DNA of 64,000 bases, taken from Laetmonice hystrix (Eukaryota). A model generated the notes under the pieces. It worked only from the letters and a program-made list of their open reading frames with translations. It was not told the DNA's origin and ran no database searches. How positions within the stretch are numbered: the stretch's first letter is position 1; each line of letters starts with the position of its first letter. The stretch covers positions 40,920,001 through 40,984,000 of the forward strand of contig OZ249438.1 in the NCBI GenBank assembly GCA_965235115.1, in the 5' to 3' direction. Below are positions 1 to 12,100 of this stretch, one piece after another. The position numbers and the translations under genes are program-made.

Positions 1-52
1 CAGTGTTAACGTAGCCTGCAAGGTGAACGAGAGAGCGGAGAAAACGAAAGCC

Positions 53-119
53 ATGTCGAATCGAGAGTTATCTAACATGGGAGCCGACGGGCACCATACT
101 GTAGCCATGATAACACTAG
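53..119 (+). CDS. STOM: Stomatin 1 exon 1 (MSNRELSNMGADGHHTVAMITL-D), phase-1 donor
   Basis: ATG at 53 opens a frame running to CTAG|gtaagt at 119/120. This perfect donor is phase 1, which is what exon 2 requires. In-frame ATGs also occur at 77 and 107. There is no homology support for this variable N-terminus. Confidence 0.75.
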
Positions 120-3100
120 GTAAGTAACTAAAGTACGGGCCCTGCATGTCTGGTTATCACACTAATTGAGGTCTCTGTGTGGCCAGCTGAGTGGGGGGTT
201 TCTCCCGGATACGTTCCACGACTGACTCGAGGTGGTTGTAGTCTCTCCGGCAGTAGCCCCTTGGCATCGCCGGTAGGCCAACTGTGATCGACTTGAATAT
301 GTGTGTCATAGGCCTAGATCTAGAATCGTATCACTCCAAGTTCTAATCGATAAAATGACATATCGATCGAGTGAGTAGTCTACATCATTCTGGTCTCAAT
401 GCTGGTCGGAGATCGCTGGTCAGCTCGGCGGGAGATGCTGAGAACCTGACAACACAGTGCTGTGGTAGGGGCGGGGTGGGTGCGTACACGCTGGTGTACC
501 GTACCGTAAGGGACGCTGAACGAGCCTGTCTCCCACGGTGTGCCTCGCCGGCATTTCCAGGCTTGTAGGCCCGGCCCGAGCATCCTGCGGCCCTTGGTCG
601 AATGCGGGTATAGGGTAAATAGCCCCCGGTAAAGTGGGGCGGGTATACGAGGATCCCTGGCTCTCGAGCTAGCATTTGATCAGGGCTCACGTGCATGGGA
701 GAGGGGCCTTGGCTGCCACCCTCCTCCACGTGCTCGCGGTCATGTTTTCGGTTGGCCTTTGGCTCTGCCTTGACGAGAAGCATGTTCCTGGCATTTACAG
801 AAACCAGAAGTGGCGGAAAGGTTACTCGGACTCGTCCGGTTTGTGGGGTTGTATGTGTGTATTGATACTACGAGATGTGTACATTTAACTGTGAAGCTTT
901 CTGGATGATGATGATCACGATGATGATGATGATGATGATGTGGGGGGGGGGGGGGCTTACGCCCAACCTTTAGGTCCCTACTCATGAATAGGCTTTCCAT
1001 GCTAGAGCAGGACGGGGTGTGTTTGGGTGGTGGTGGTGGGGGGGGGGGGGGTAGGCCCTTTGGCCCAACCTTTAGGTCCCATGAATAGGCTTTCCATGCT
1101 AGAGCCAGTACGAGCCTTGTGTCAGACTTTGGCAGGACCAGTGTGGAACACTAGAAACATGTTTGTATCTGGTGGCACCGTATCGCACTAATTGCCAACT
1201 TATTCACCCCAACATGATCATACAGGTATAGGCCTACGAGCCTTGTGTCAGACTTTGGCAGGACCAGTGTGGAACACTAGAAACATGTTTGTATCTGGTG
1301 GCACCGTATCCCACTAATTGCCAACTTATTCACCCCAACATGATCATACAGGTATTGGCATACGAGCCTTGTGTCAGACTTTGTCAGGACCAGTATGGAA
1401 CACTGTGGAAACATGTTTGTATCTGGTGGCACCGTATCGCACTAATTGCCAACTTATTCACCCCAACATGATCATACAGGTATTGGCATACGAGCCTTGT
1501 GTCAGACTTTGTCAGGACCAGTATGGAACACTGTGGAAACATGTTTGTATCTGGTGGCACCGTATCCCACTAATTGCCAACTTATTCACCCCAACATGAT
1601 CATACAGGTATTGGCATACGAGCCTTGTGTCAGACTTTGTCAGGACCAGTATGGAACACTGTGGAAACATGTTTGTATCTGGTGGCACCGTATCCCACTA
1701 ATTGCCAACTTATTCACCGATCATGATCATACAGGTCTAGGCCTACGAGCCTTGTGTCAGACTTTGTCAGGACCAGTATGGAACACTGTGGAAACATGTT
1801 TGTATCTGGTGGCACCGTATCCCACTAATTGCCAACTTATTCACCGATCATGATCATACAGGTATAGGCCTACGAGCCTTGTGTCAGACTTTGGCAGACC
1901 AGTCTCAGGAAGACCTCCATGCCAGGCCTGTGTTTACAGATCCCATATTAAATGAGAACACTATGGTCTATCACACTCACAGTAATAGGTCTATCACACT
2001 CACAGTAACACCATGGTATATCACACTCACAGCAACACCTAGGTCTATCACACTCACAGCAACACCTAGGTCTATCACACTCACAGTAACACCTAGGTCT
2101 ATCACACTCACAGCAACACCTAGGTCTATCACACTCACAGTAACACCTAGGTCTATCACACTCACAGTAACACCTAGGTCTATCACACTCACAGTAACAC
2201 CTAGGTCTATCACACTCACAGTAACACCTAGGTCTATCACACTAACAGTAACACCTAGGTCTATCACACTCACAGTAACACCTAGGTCTATCACACTCAC
2301 AGTAACACCTAGGTCTATCACACTAACAGTAACACCTAGGTCTATCACACTCACGGTAACACCTAGGTCTATCACACTCACAGTAACACCTAGGTCTATC
2401 ACACTCACAGTAACACCTAGGTCTATCACACTCACAGTAACACCTATGTCTATCACACTCACAGTAACACCTATGTCTATCACACTCACAGTAAGGAATT
2501 CGAACCTGATGCCATAATGTCAGCCCTGATTCCAGCCCGTTCAGAGCAGGTATTAATAGCCAGCCGTTGACATGACCAGTCATGCGAAGTTGGGCGTTAT
2601 ACCCTATTTTTGGCAGAATTTCTTTTACAATGCCAATGCGCCAGGTTAATTTGGAGGCCCGAGGTCTGTAGTTCGCTGTCCATTGACAGACTGCTTGGTG
2701 AACAGATATTAGCGATGCCGACATCCTGGCACTTTCTCATAATATTAAAGTGGTTAAAGGGTTCTATCGGATAAGCCAAATGTCTAAATAATACAGCAGG
2801 GCTCTTAAAAGTAGCCGGTCAGCGGCCATTTTTTCCTGAGGGTATACAGCACAAAGTAAGGCATCTAAACAACTCAATTGCCTTAGCATGATATATTCAT
2901 TACCATACACCATCCGTGTATGGTAATGATTGATTGATGTCCATCCGTGTATGGTAATGATTGATTGATGTCCGTCCGTGTATGGTAATGATTGATTGAT
3001 GTCCGTCCGTGTATGGTAATGATTGATTGACGTCCATCCGTGTATGGTAATGATTGATTGACGTCCATCCGTGTATGGTAATGATTGATTGATGTCCATC

Positions 3101-6100
3101 CGTGTATGGTAATGATTGATTGATGTCCATCCGTGTATGGTAATGATTGATTGACGTCCATCCGTGTATGGTAATGATTGATTGACGTCCATCCGTGTAT
3201 GGTAATGATTGATTGACGTCCATCCGTGTATGGTAATGATTGATTGATGTCCCTCCGTGTATGGTAATGATTGATTGACGTCCATCCGTGTATGGTAATG
3301 ATTGATTGACGTCCATCCGTGTATGGTAATGATTGATTGACGTCCATCCGTGTATGGTAATGATTGATTGACGTCCGTCCGTGTATGGTAATGATTGATT
3401 GATGTCCATCCGTGTATGGTAATGATTGATTGATGTCCGTCCGTGTATGGTAATGATTGATTGACGTCCATCCGTGTATGGTAATGATTGATTCACGTCC
3501 ATCCGTGTATGGTAATGATTGATTCACGTCCATCCGTGTATGGTAATGATTGATTGACGTCCATCCGTGTATGGTAATGATTGATTGACGTCCGTCCGTG
3601 TATGGTAATGATTGATTGATGTCCATCCGTGTATGGTAATGATTGATGTCCGTCCGTGTATGGTAATGATTGATTGATGTCCATCCGTGTATGGTAATGA
3701 TTGATTGATGTCCATCCGTGTGTGGTAATGATTGATTGATGTCCGTCCGTGTGTGGTAATGATTGATTGATGTCCATCCGTGTATGGTAATGATTGATTG
3801 ATGTCCGTCCGTGTATGGTAATGATTGATTGATGTCCATCCGTGTATGGTAATGATTGATTGACGTCCGTCCGTGTATGGTAATGATTGATTGACGTCCG
3901 TCCGTGTATGGTAATGATTGATTGATGTCCATCCGTGTATGGTAATGATTGATTGATGTCCATCTGTGTATGGTAATGATTGATTGGTGTTCATCCTTGT
4001 ATGGTAATGATTGATTGATTCCTGATCGCTGATTGATTCCAAGACACAGCCACCGTTCACACGGATGACTCCAGTCACACTCATTCCCGACGAGTGCCGA
4101 TCATTTCCGACAAGTCCCGATCTACAGCGGTCGCCAACAGGTGTGACCTGGAGCGGTGGTCACACCCTCCGCGAAGCGCCCCGTGACAGCTTGTCACCGT
4201 GACAACGGCCTTTTTGTGACTGTGACAGTGGGGTCATATTGTATTGGCGAATTCCCAATTCCTGCCAGATTTGGGCATGAGAAAGATTTGTTCTGGGGAA
4301 GGAGGTTTGACCTGGACTGCGGCCATCATTAGACGTTCACCACCGCGCTCACAACTACCTCAAAGAGCTGCTGTGAGTGGGGCCACCAAGCCACACAATT
4401 CTGGACCTAATTAGGTTGTATGTGGCATGCCAGTCCACGTCCCCGTTGTGCATGAGGACCTGTCCATACAGTTAACATAGTAAATTAAGGGGGTGGGGGC
4501 AATAAGAGTCCAAAAAGGTTCTTTGGTTACATACCGTGCACCAGTCAAATAATTGTAGGAGTTCAAAATAAAATCACACCAGTGCCATTTGATCTATTTT
4601 AACTATTTCTTGATGTCTGCGTTGTGGCTTACATTACAACTAAGTCATGTTTAACTTTGTGCCAGTAGGTTGACGACTGCAGCCAATGCATCAAAACATA
4701 TTGATATGAATCGTAAAATAGATGCACTTTATTAACAGCGAATGTTTGTTCGAAGCCACTTGTGTAAATGAATGCCTGCAGGCCACGTCCCTGGCCGCAC
4801 ACGGACTCTTCCAACTCCTCCCAACGTTTCCACTTTTGATCACGATGTGTTCGTTCCACGCTCGTGTTCAGCGCCATCCTCAGCGTTCTACCAGAGACAC
4901 TGTGCGGTTCACACGATTGATGGAGTCGGGCGCAGCTCCACATGGCTGTATAGACTTACATGGATGCATGTATTTTTATTGGACTGGAATACGCAGATAA
5001 ATTCTACATGGTGGGATTTTGATTTTTTAAAGGCGAGTTTACTGAAGGCCTGCGGGGACGAGCTAAAGTGATGTATTGCATGCACAGAATGACTCCCCAA
5101 ATGATAAAACCGTAATATCCGTATGGCGTGCCGTGTAGGCAGTATATGCAGTCCTGGCGGCTGGCGGGGTGGTTATCGTGGGGTGAACGCGGCCTCAGTG
5201 CATGGACACCGGGCGTTTACTGTTTATAATATATACCCGACATCAGAGGTTGCCCCAGGGCCAGGAGGGTAGTTAGTGGTGATAACACGGTCATGATCTC
5301 GGTGGAGTACCAGGCAGCAGACCGGCTGGGCGCCACCACTGCCCCGGCAGGCATAGATTACAAACTCATGGCCCTTAAACTGTCTGCCTGAAAGAGGCAA
5401 ACTGTGTAAATTTGTTGAAAGTGATTTTTCATTGCTTTTATAATGAGGGTTTGAATAGGAACAAAAGCTAGAACAGTATAGATGGTCATTTATTTCGTTA
5501 TGATAAAGTCTGAGCTGTCAAAAGTAAATAAACCTGTAAAGACACAACACCCGGAAATGACATCAATGTGCCCAAACCGTCAAAATATTTTACTTAAAGA
5601 GGTCTTAAAGAGGAGAAAAATAAATCTTTGACTTTTATTGGATTCACGAAATTGTCCCTTTAATTCGACGATGGCGTCTAGCCGGTAGTGTGATGGATAC
5701 GATGAAGTTGACGACAGGGTATGGGACCGAGCAACAACTCGTTTATCATCGACAAATTGGCTCATTATTTTCTGCTGTCTTCCAGCACCAACATCGACCA
5801 GAGGGGAACAGAGGTTATGTGGAATGTCCGTTTTTGATCTATGACGTAGCGAACTTCTATTGGCGTAGATCTAGCAAAGATACTGTAGTCATCACGTAAA
5901 GGTCGTTTGGGCCGTGCTGTCCGCATTTGTGGATTCGTGTTTTGTGGTTAGCGATAGAGTCTAGAGATTCGACGTGTTTTTCGGTCGTATTTAGCGACGT
6001 CTTCCAGTACCCGGATGATTATCTGTCGTTTTCAGTGAAGTACCAAACGACCGTTATGTGTTATAGTTATAGGGCGGCCTGTTCACGCCCTACTGGGGTA

Positions 6101-9100
6101 CGTTTCTCATCTATCGTTATCCTGTCGTGCGTTAAAATCCCCATTGAAAATGCATTGGAGTTACCGATACGACAAGCTAACGACATAATGAGGAACGCAC
6201 AATTCAACATTTCCTACCATGCCTCATTTGTGCTTACTTCGAAGAAAGAATAAATGAACCAAATTCTTTGGACCAGAAAGTGATTCAAGCGACGAAAGTA
6301 GTGGAAGTAAATATTCAACAGGGCTTAACAAGAAACTGTTTAAATAATTGAGGAAAAAACGGCGGCGGTTGGCGCAATCCGAAGCTAGAAGCCGGTGGTA
6401 AACGTGATGCGACAGACCCAGTCTCCAAGCACTGGGTACCAGATCGTTGTAAAATGTCAATGTGGCGCAAACCGTACGAGCTTTGTTTGTATAACGGAAC
6501 CGTTGAGAATCGCTACTCGTAAACGATGTAAGGGTATGTGGACGGTGACTGCAGTCTGGGGTATAAATGGTGTACCATTTACCGGTATACTTACCGTGAG
6601 CTGGGGTATCGGGATATAAATGGTGTACCATTTACCGGTATACTTACCGTGAGCTGGGGTTATCGGGATATAAATGGTGTACCATTTACCGGTATACTTA
6701 CCGTGATGAGCTGGGGTTATCGAGATATAAATGGTGTACCATTTACCGGTATACTTACCGTGAGCTGGGGTTATCGAGATATAAATGGTGTACCATTTAC
6801 CGGTATACTTACCGTGAGCTGGGGTTATCGAGATATAAATGGTGTACCATTTACCGGTATACTTACCGTGAGCTGGGGTTATCGGGATATAAATGGTGTA
6901 CCATTTACCGGTATACTTACCGTAAGCTGGGGTTATCGGGATATAAATGGTGTACCATTTACCGGTATACTTACCGTGAGCTGGGGTTATCGGGATATAA
7001 ATGGTATACCATTTACCGGTATACTTACCGTGAGCTGGGGTTATCGAGATATAAATGGTGTACCATTTACCGGTATACTTACCGTGAGCTGGGGTTATCG
7101 GGATATAAATGGTGTACCATTTACCGGTATACTTACCGTGAGCTGGGGTTATCGGGATATAAATGGTGTACCATTTACCGGTATACTTACCGTGAGCTGG
7201 GGTTATCGGGATATAAATGGTGTACCATTTACCGGTATACTTACCGTGAGCTGGGGTTATCGGGATATAAATGGTGTACCATTTACCGGTATACTTACCG
7301 TGAGCTGGGGTTATCAATCAACAGAAAGGACACGGGGAGAGTGAGATAGAAGTAGGATATAAATGTCATCTTTGTGCTTCATCCTTATGAATTAGATATG
7401 TCTTCTTTTTTTCTTTCCGCGATGGGGGAGTGGACCGTCACAGATGTGTGACCGTGTGAATCTGTTAGCGTCTTCTTATTGTGATCATCGTCTCGGTTGA
7501 CTTTACGGATCGATTCATCGATAAATCAGTATTTGGACAAGCAGTGAGACCAACAGATGCTTGATGTTTGCCGAGGACGTCAGGGCGGAATGCTCGTATG
7601 CGGGAGGGTCCTGAAAACATGTATGCCTTGTCATAAACATCCACTGCTCATTGCTGTCAAAAACATGCCTTGTCATAAACATCCACTGATCATGGCTGTC
7701 AGAAACATGTATGCCTTGTCATAAACATCTACTGATCATGGCTGTCAGAAACATGCCTTGTCATAAACATCCACTGATCATTGCTGTCAGAAACAGTCAT
7801 GTATGCCTTGTCATAAACATCTACTGATCATGGCTGTCAGAAACATCTACTGATACTTGCTGTCAGAAACATGTACATGCCTTTTCATAAACATCCACTG
7901 ACCATTGCTGTCAGAAACATCTACTGCTCATGGCTGTCACAAACATGTATGCCTTGTCATAAACATCTTCCGACATCCCTGCAATGTGAAAGGACATGAC
8001 TATATTGAAGCGAGACATGACGTATAAAACGTGAGTGTTTGGCAGACTAGGTTCCTCAGTCTGCCTGTTGTACAGACAGACTAAGCTACAAGACGACTCG
8101 ACCTATCCGTCCTGTTTTTTTCAGTAACTTCTGGTCGTCCTGTGTCCAGGAGAATGCCTACACCAACTGTAAACCCCTGTATGTTTTCTGGTCGTCCTGT
8201 GTCCAGGAGAATGCCTACACCAACTGTAAACCCCTGTATGTTTTCTGGTCGCCCTGTGTCTGGGAGAATGCCTACACCAACTGTAAACCCCTGTATGTTT
8301 TCTGGTTGTCCTGTGTCTGGGAGAATGCCTACACCAACTGTAAACCCCTGTATGTTTTCTGGTTGTCCTGTGTCTGGGAGAATGCCTACACCAACTGTAA
8401 ACCCCTGTACGTTTTCTGGTCGTCCTGTGTCTGGGAGAATGCCTACACCAACTGTAAACCCCTGTATGTTTTCTGGTCGTCCTGTGTCTGGGAGAATGCC
8501 TACACCAACTGTAAACCCCTGTATGTTTTCTGGTCGTCCTGTGTCTGGGAGAATGCCTACACCAACTGTAAACCCCTGTATGTTTTCTGGTCGTCCTGTG
8601 TCCAGGAGAATGCCTACACCAACTGTAAACCCCTGTATGTTTTCTGGTCGCCCTGTGTCCAGGAGAATGCCTACACCAACTGTAAACCCCTGTATGTTTT
8701 CTGGTCGTCCTGTGTCCAGGAGAATGCCTACACCAACTGTAAACCCCTGTATGTTTTCTGGTCGTCCTGTGTCCAGGAGAATGCCTACACCAACTGTAAA
8801 CCCCTGTATGTTTTCTGGTCGTCCTGTGTCCAGGAGAATGCCTACACCAACTGTAAACCCCTGTATGTTTTCTGGTCGTCCTGTGTCCAGGAGAATGCCT
8901 ACACCAACTGTAAACCCCTGTATGTTTTCTGGTCGCCCTGTGTCCAGGAGAATGCCTACACCAACTGTAAACCCCTGTATGTTTTCTGGTTGTCCTGTGT
9001 CCAGGAGAATGCCTACACCAACTGTAAACCCCTGTATGTTTTCTGGTAGTCTTGTGTCCAGGAGAATGCCTACACCAACTGTAAACCCCTGTATGTTTTC

Positions 9101-12100
9101 TGGTCGTCCTGTGTCCAGGAGAATGCCTACACCAACTGTAAACCCCTGTATGTTTTCTGGTCGTCCTGTGTCTGGGAGAATGCCTACACCAACTGTAAAC
9201 CCCTGTATGTTTTCTGGTCGTCCTGTGTCCAGGAGAATGCCTACACCAACTGTAAACCCCTGTATGTTTTCTGGTCGTCCTGTGTCTGGGAGAATGCCTA
9301 CACCAACTGTAAACCCCTGTATGTTTTCTGGTCGTCCTGTGTCCAGGAGAATGCCTACACCAACTGTAAACCCCTGTATGTTTTCTGGTTGTCCTGTGTC
9401 CAGGAGAATGCCTACACCAACTGTAAACCCCTGTATGTTTTCTGGTCGTCCTGTGTCCAGGAGAATGCCTACACCAACTGTAAACCCCTGTATGTTTTCT
9501 GGTCGTCCTGTGTCCAGGAGAATGCCTACACCAACTGTAAACCCCTGTATGTTTTCTGGTCGTCCTGTGTCCAGGAGAATGCCTACACCAACTGTAAACC
9601 CCTGTATGTTTTCTGGTCGTCCTGTGTCCAGGAGAATGCCTACACCAACTGTAAACCCCTGTATGTTTTCTGGTCGCCCTGTGTCCAGGAGAATGCCTAC
9701 ACCAACTGTAAACCCCTGTATGTTTTCTGGTCGTCCTGTGTCCAGGAGAATGCCTACACCAACTGTAAACCCCTGTATGTTTTCCCGGGTGATCCTGGTC
9801 TCTTTGAGGACAGGATCTATCCCGTCGACGTTATAATACTCTATCGGATCGCCTGTAATTCAGGCTGTCCCAGTATGCCCCGGGCACAATCTATAGAACG
9901 CCAGTCTGTCGCCGACTTACTTACAGTGTTCGCCATGACAACACGCCGGCATGTGGTGATCGCCGATACCCCGCTGGCGATAATCGCATTGTGTGGAGGC
10001 GACAGCGGCTCCGGCGACAACGACGCCGTCTAGTTGTCGGCGTTGTTGAGGAGGTAACCACAATGATCACTTGTTAGTGCGGTGAGGCGATGGTGATTGA
10101 TTTAAACCATCTTACCCGTGGCGGTGTGGCACGCCGTACGCTGCTAAATTACCAGGTTAATGTATGGCACCACTAACAGCATTCGTTCACATCACGCGGG
10201 TTTCTGGAGAGAACCTAAAGAAAGAAAACAGAAAATAAAAAGGTGGACACCGTTTGTTTAGGGGCTTAAGATCTGTAGGTAAAATTACAAAGAAAGAAAA
10301 ACAGGGGAAATAGAGAATAATAGTAAGAACGAACGACGGGTGAATAGCATTTTCGAGGGTCTAAGAGAGATACAAGGAATATAAGAAAGAACGAAAGAAA
10401 TATGGATGTCATATGGTTGAGGGCCCTAAGCTAATGTCATTGTCGCTTTATTGGGCCTGTATATGCCGCTCATAAACGGTCGATGTAGTGAGTTGTTTAC
10501 CGTGCATATTGCCAGCTCCACGCCGAGGTCCTGGCACATTTGCTGTCTCTGGCTGTGTCATACGATCCTAGTCGCCAACACTTTAGATTGTGGTCGTTGC
10601 TATGGGGCGAACGTCGAGACCAATAACATGGAGCCGTGGTTACAGAATATCTGCTTCATTACTTATAATGTAAAGTGTTACACCTTTACCCTGCCCCATT
10701 ACTTATAATGTAAAGTGTTACACCTTTACCCTGCCCCATTACTTATAATGTAAAGTGTTACACCATTACCCTGCCCCATTACTTATAATGTAAAGTGTTA
10801 CACCATTACCCTGCCCCATTACTTATAATGTAAAGTGTTACACCTTTACCCTGCTCCATTACTTATAATGTAAAGTGTTACACCTTGACCCTGCCCCATT
10901 ACTTATAATGGAAAGTGTTGAAACAGCATCGTACTGAGAAAACTAATGTGTTGAATAAGGAATGTATCTAAGATTGAAAGACTCTCGAACCAAGAACACT
11001 TTTTGACTTGGTGTTGAAAATGCTTGCTTTCTGCTCTTTGATACAGTTATCATCAAGATGTTATTTTTAAGAAGACCATGCTATATGTTTGAAGATGCTC
11101 CGATTTTTTTATTGTTATCAACCAGCATGTCAGTGAGTGTTGAATTTTAAGTTGAGTGCCGTGTTTTTGATTGCTAGATAAGGGCGTCCAACAGGAAGAC
11201 GATGGAACGTGCGGGGCGTGCTGCGGGATGATGCTCAAAGTGGTCAGCATCATCGTCATCATCTTCACCTTCCCCATCACTATCTGCTTCTGTCTAAAGG
11301 TAACACTCTATCATCATGTTTGTGTCTAAAGGTAACACTCTATCATCATGTTTGTGTCTAAAGGTAACACTCTATCATCATGTTTGTGTCTAAATGTAAC
11401 ACTCTAACATCATGCTGGTGTCTAAAGGTAACACTCTAACATCATGCTGGTGTCTAAAGGTAACACTCTATCATCATGCTTGTGTCTAAAGGTAACACTC
11501 TATCATCATGATCTGTTTGTGTCTAAAGGTAACACTCTATCATCATGATCTGTTTGTGTCTAAAGGTAACACTCTATCATCATGTTTGTGTCTAAAGGTA
11601 ACACTCTATCATCATGATCTGTTTGTGTCTAAAGGTAACACTCTAACATCATGATCTGTTTGTGTCTAAAGGTAACACTCTATCATCATGATCTGTTTGT
11701 GTCTAAAGGTAACACTCTATCATCATGATCTGTTTGTGTCTAAAGGTAACACTCTATCATCATGATCTGTTTGTGTCTGAAGGTAACACTCTATCATCAT
11801 GATCTGTTTGTGTCTAAAGGTAACACTCTATCATCATGATCTGTTTGTGTCTAAAGTAACACTCTATCATCATGATCTGTTTGTGTCTAAAGGTAACACT
11901 CTATCATCATGATCTGTTTGTGTCTAAAGGTAACACTCTATCATCATGATCTGTTTGTGTCTAAAGGTAACACTCTATCATCATGATCTGTTTGTGTCTA
12001 AAGGTAACACTCTATCATCATGATCTGTTTGTGTCTAAAGGTAACACTCTATCATCATGATCTGTTTGTGTCTGAAGGTAACACTCTATCATCATGTTTG

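Noticed and set aside
2440-2510. B-box-like GGTTCGAATTCC on the minus strand near 2496-2507
   Set aside because: I could not build a matching A-box spacing or cloverleaf, so it is not supportable as a tRNA or SINE.
5927-6540. Protein-like fragments (ESDSSDESSGS...KKRRRL) suggesting a decayed transposon gene
   Set aside because: The fragments are interrupted by stops and show no recognisable catalytic motif; a tBLASTx or Dfam search is needed.
8142-9836. 564-aa ORF (SRRMPTPTVNPCMFSGRPV repeats), plus similar long ORFs at 53308..54852, 43049..44308, 36900..37919, 2883..3932, 6457..7344, 20706..22237 and 34548..35378
   Set aside because: These are stop-free readings of tandem arrays. They are open in several frames and strands, lie in introns or intergenic DNA, and have no splice or domain support.
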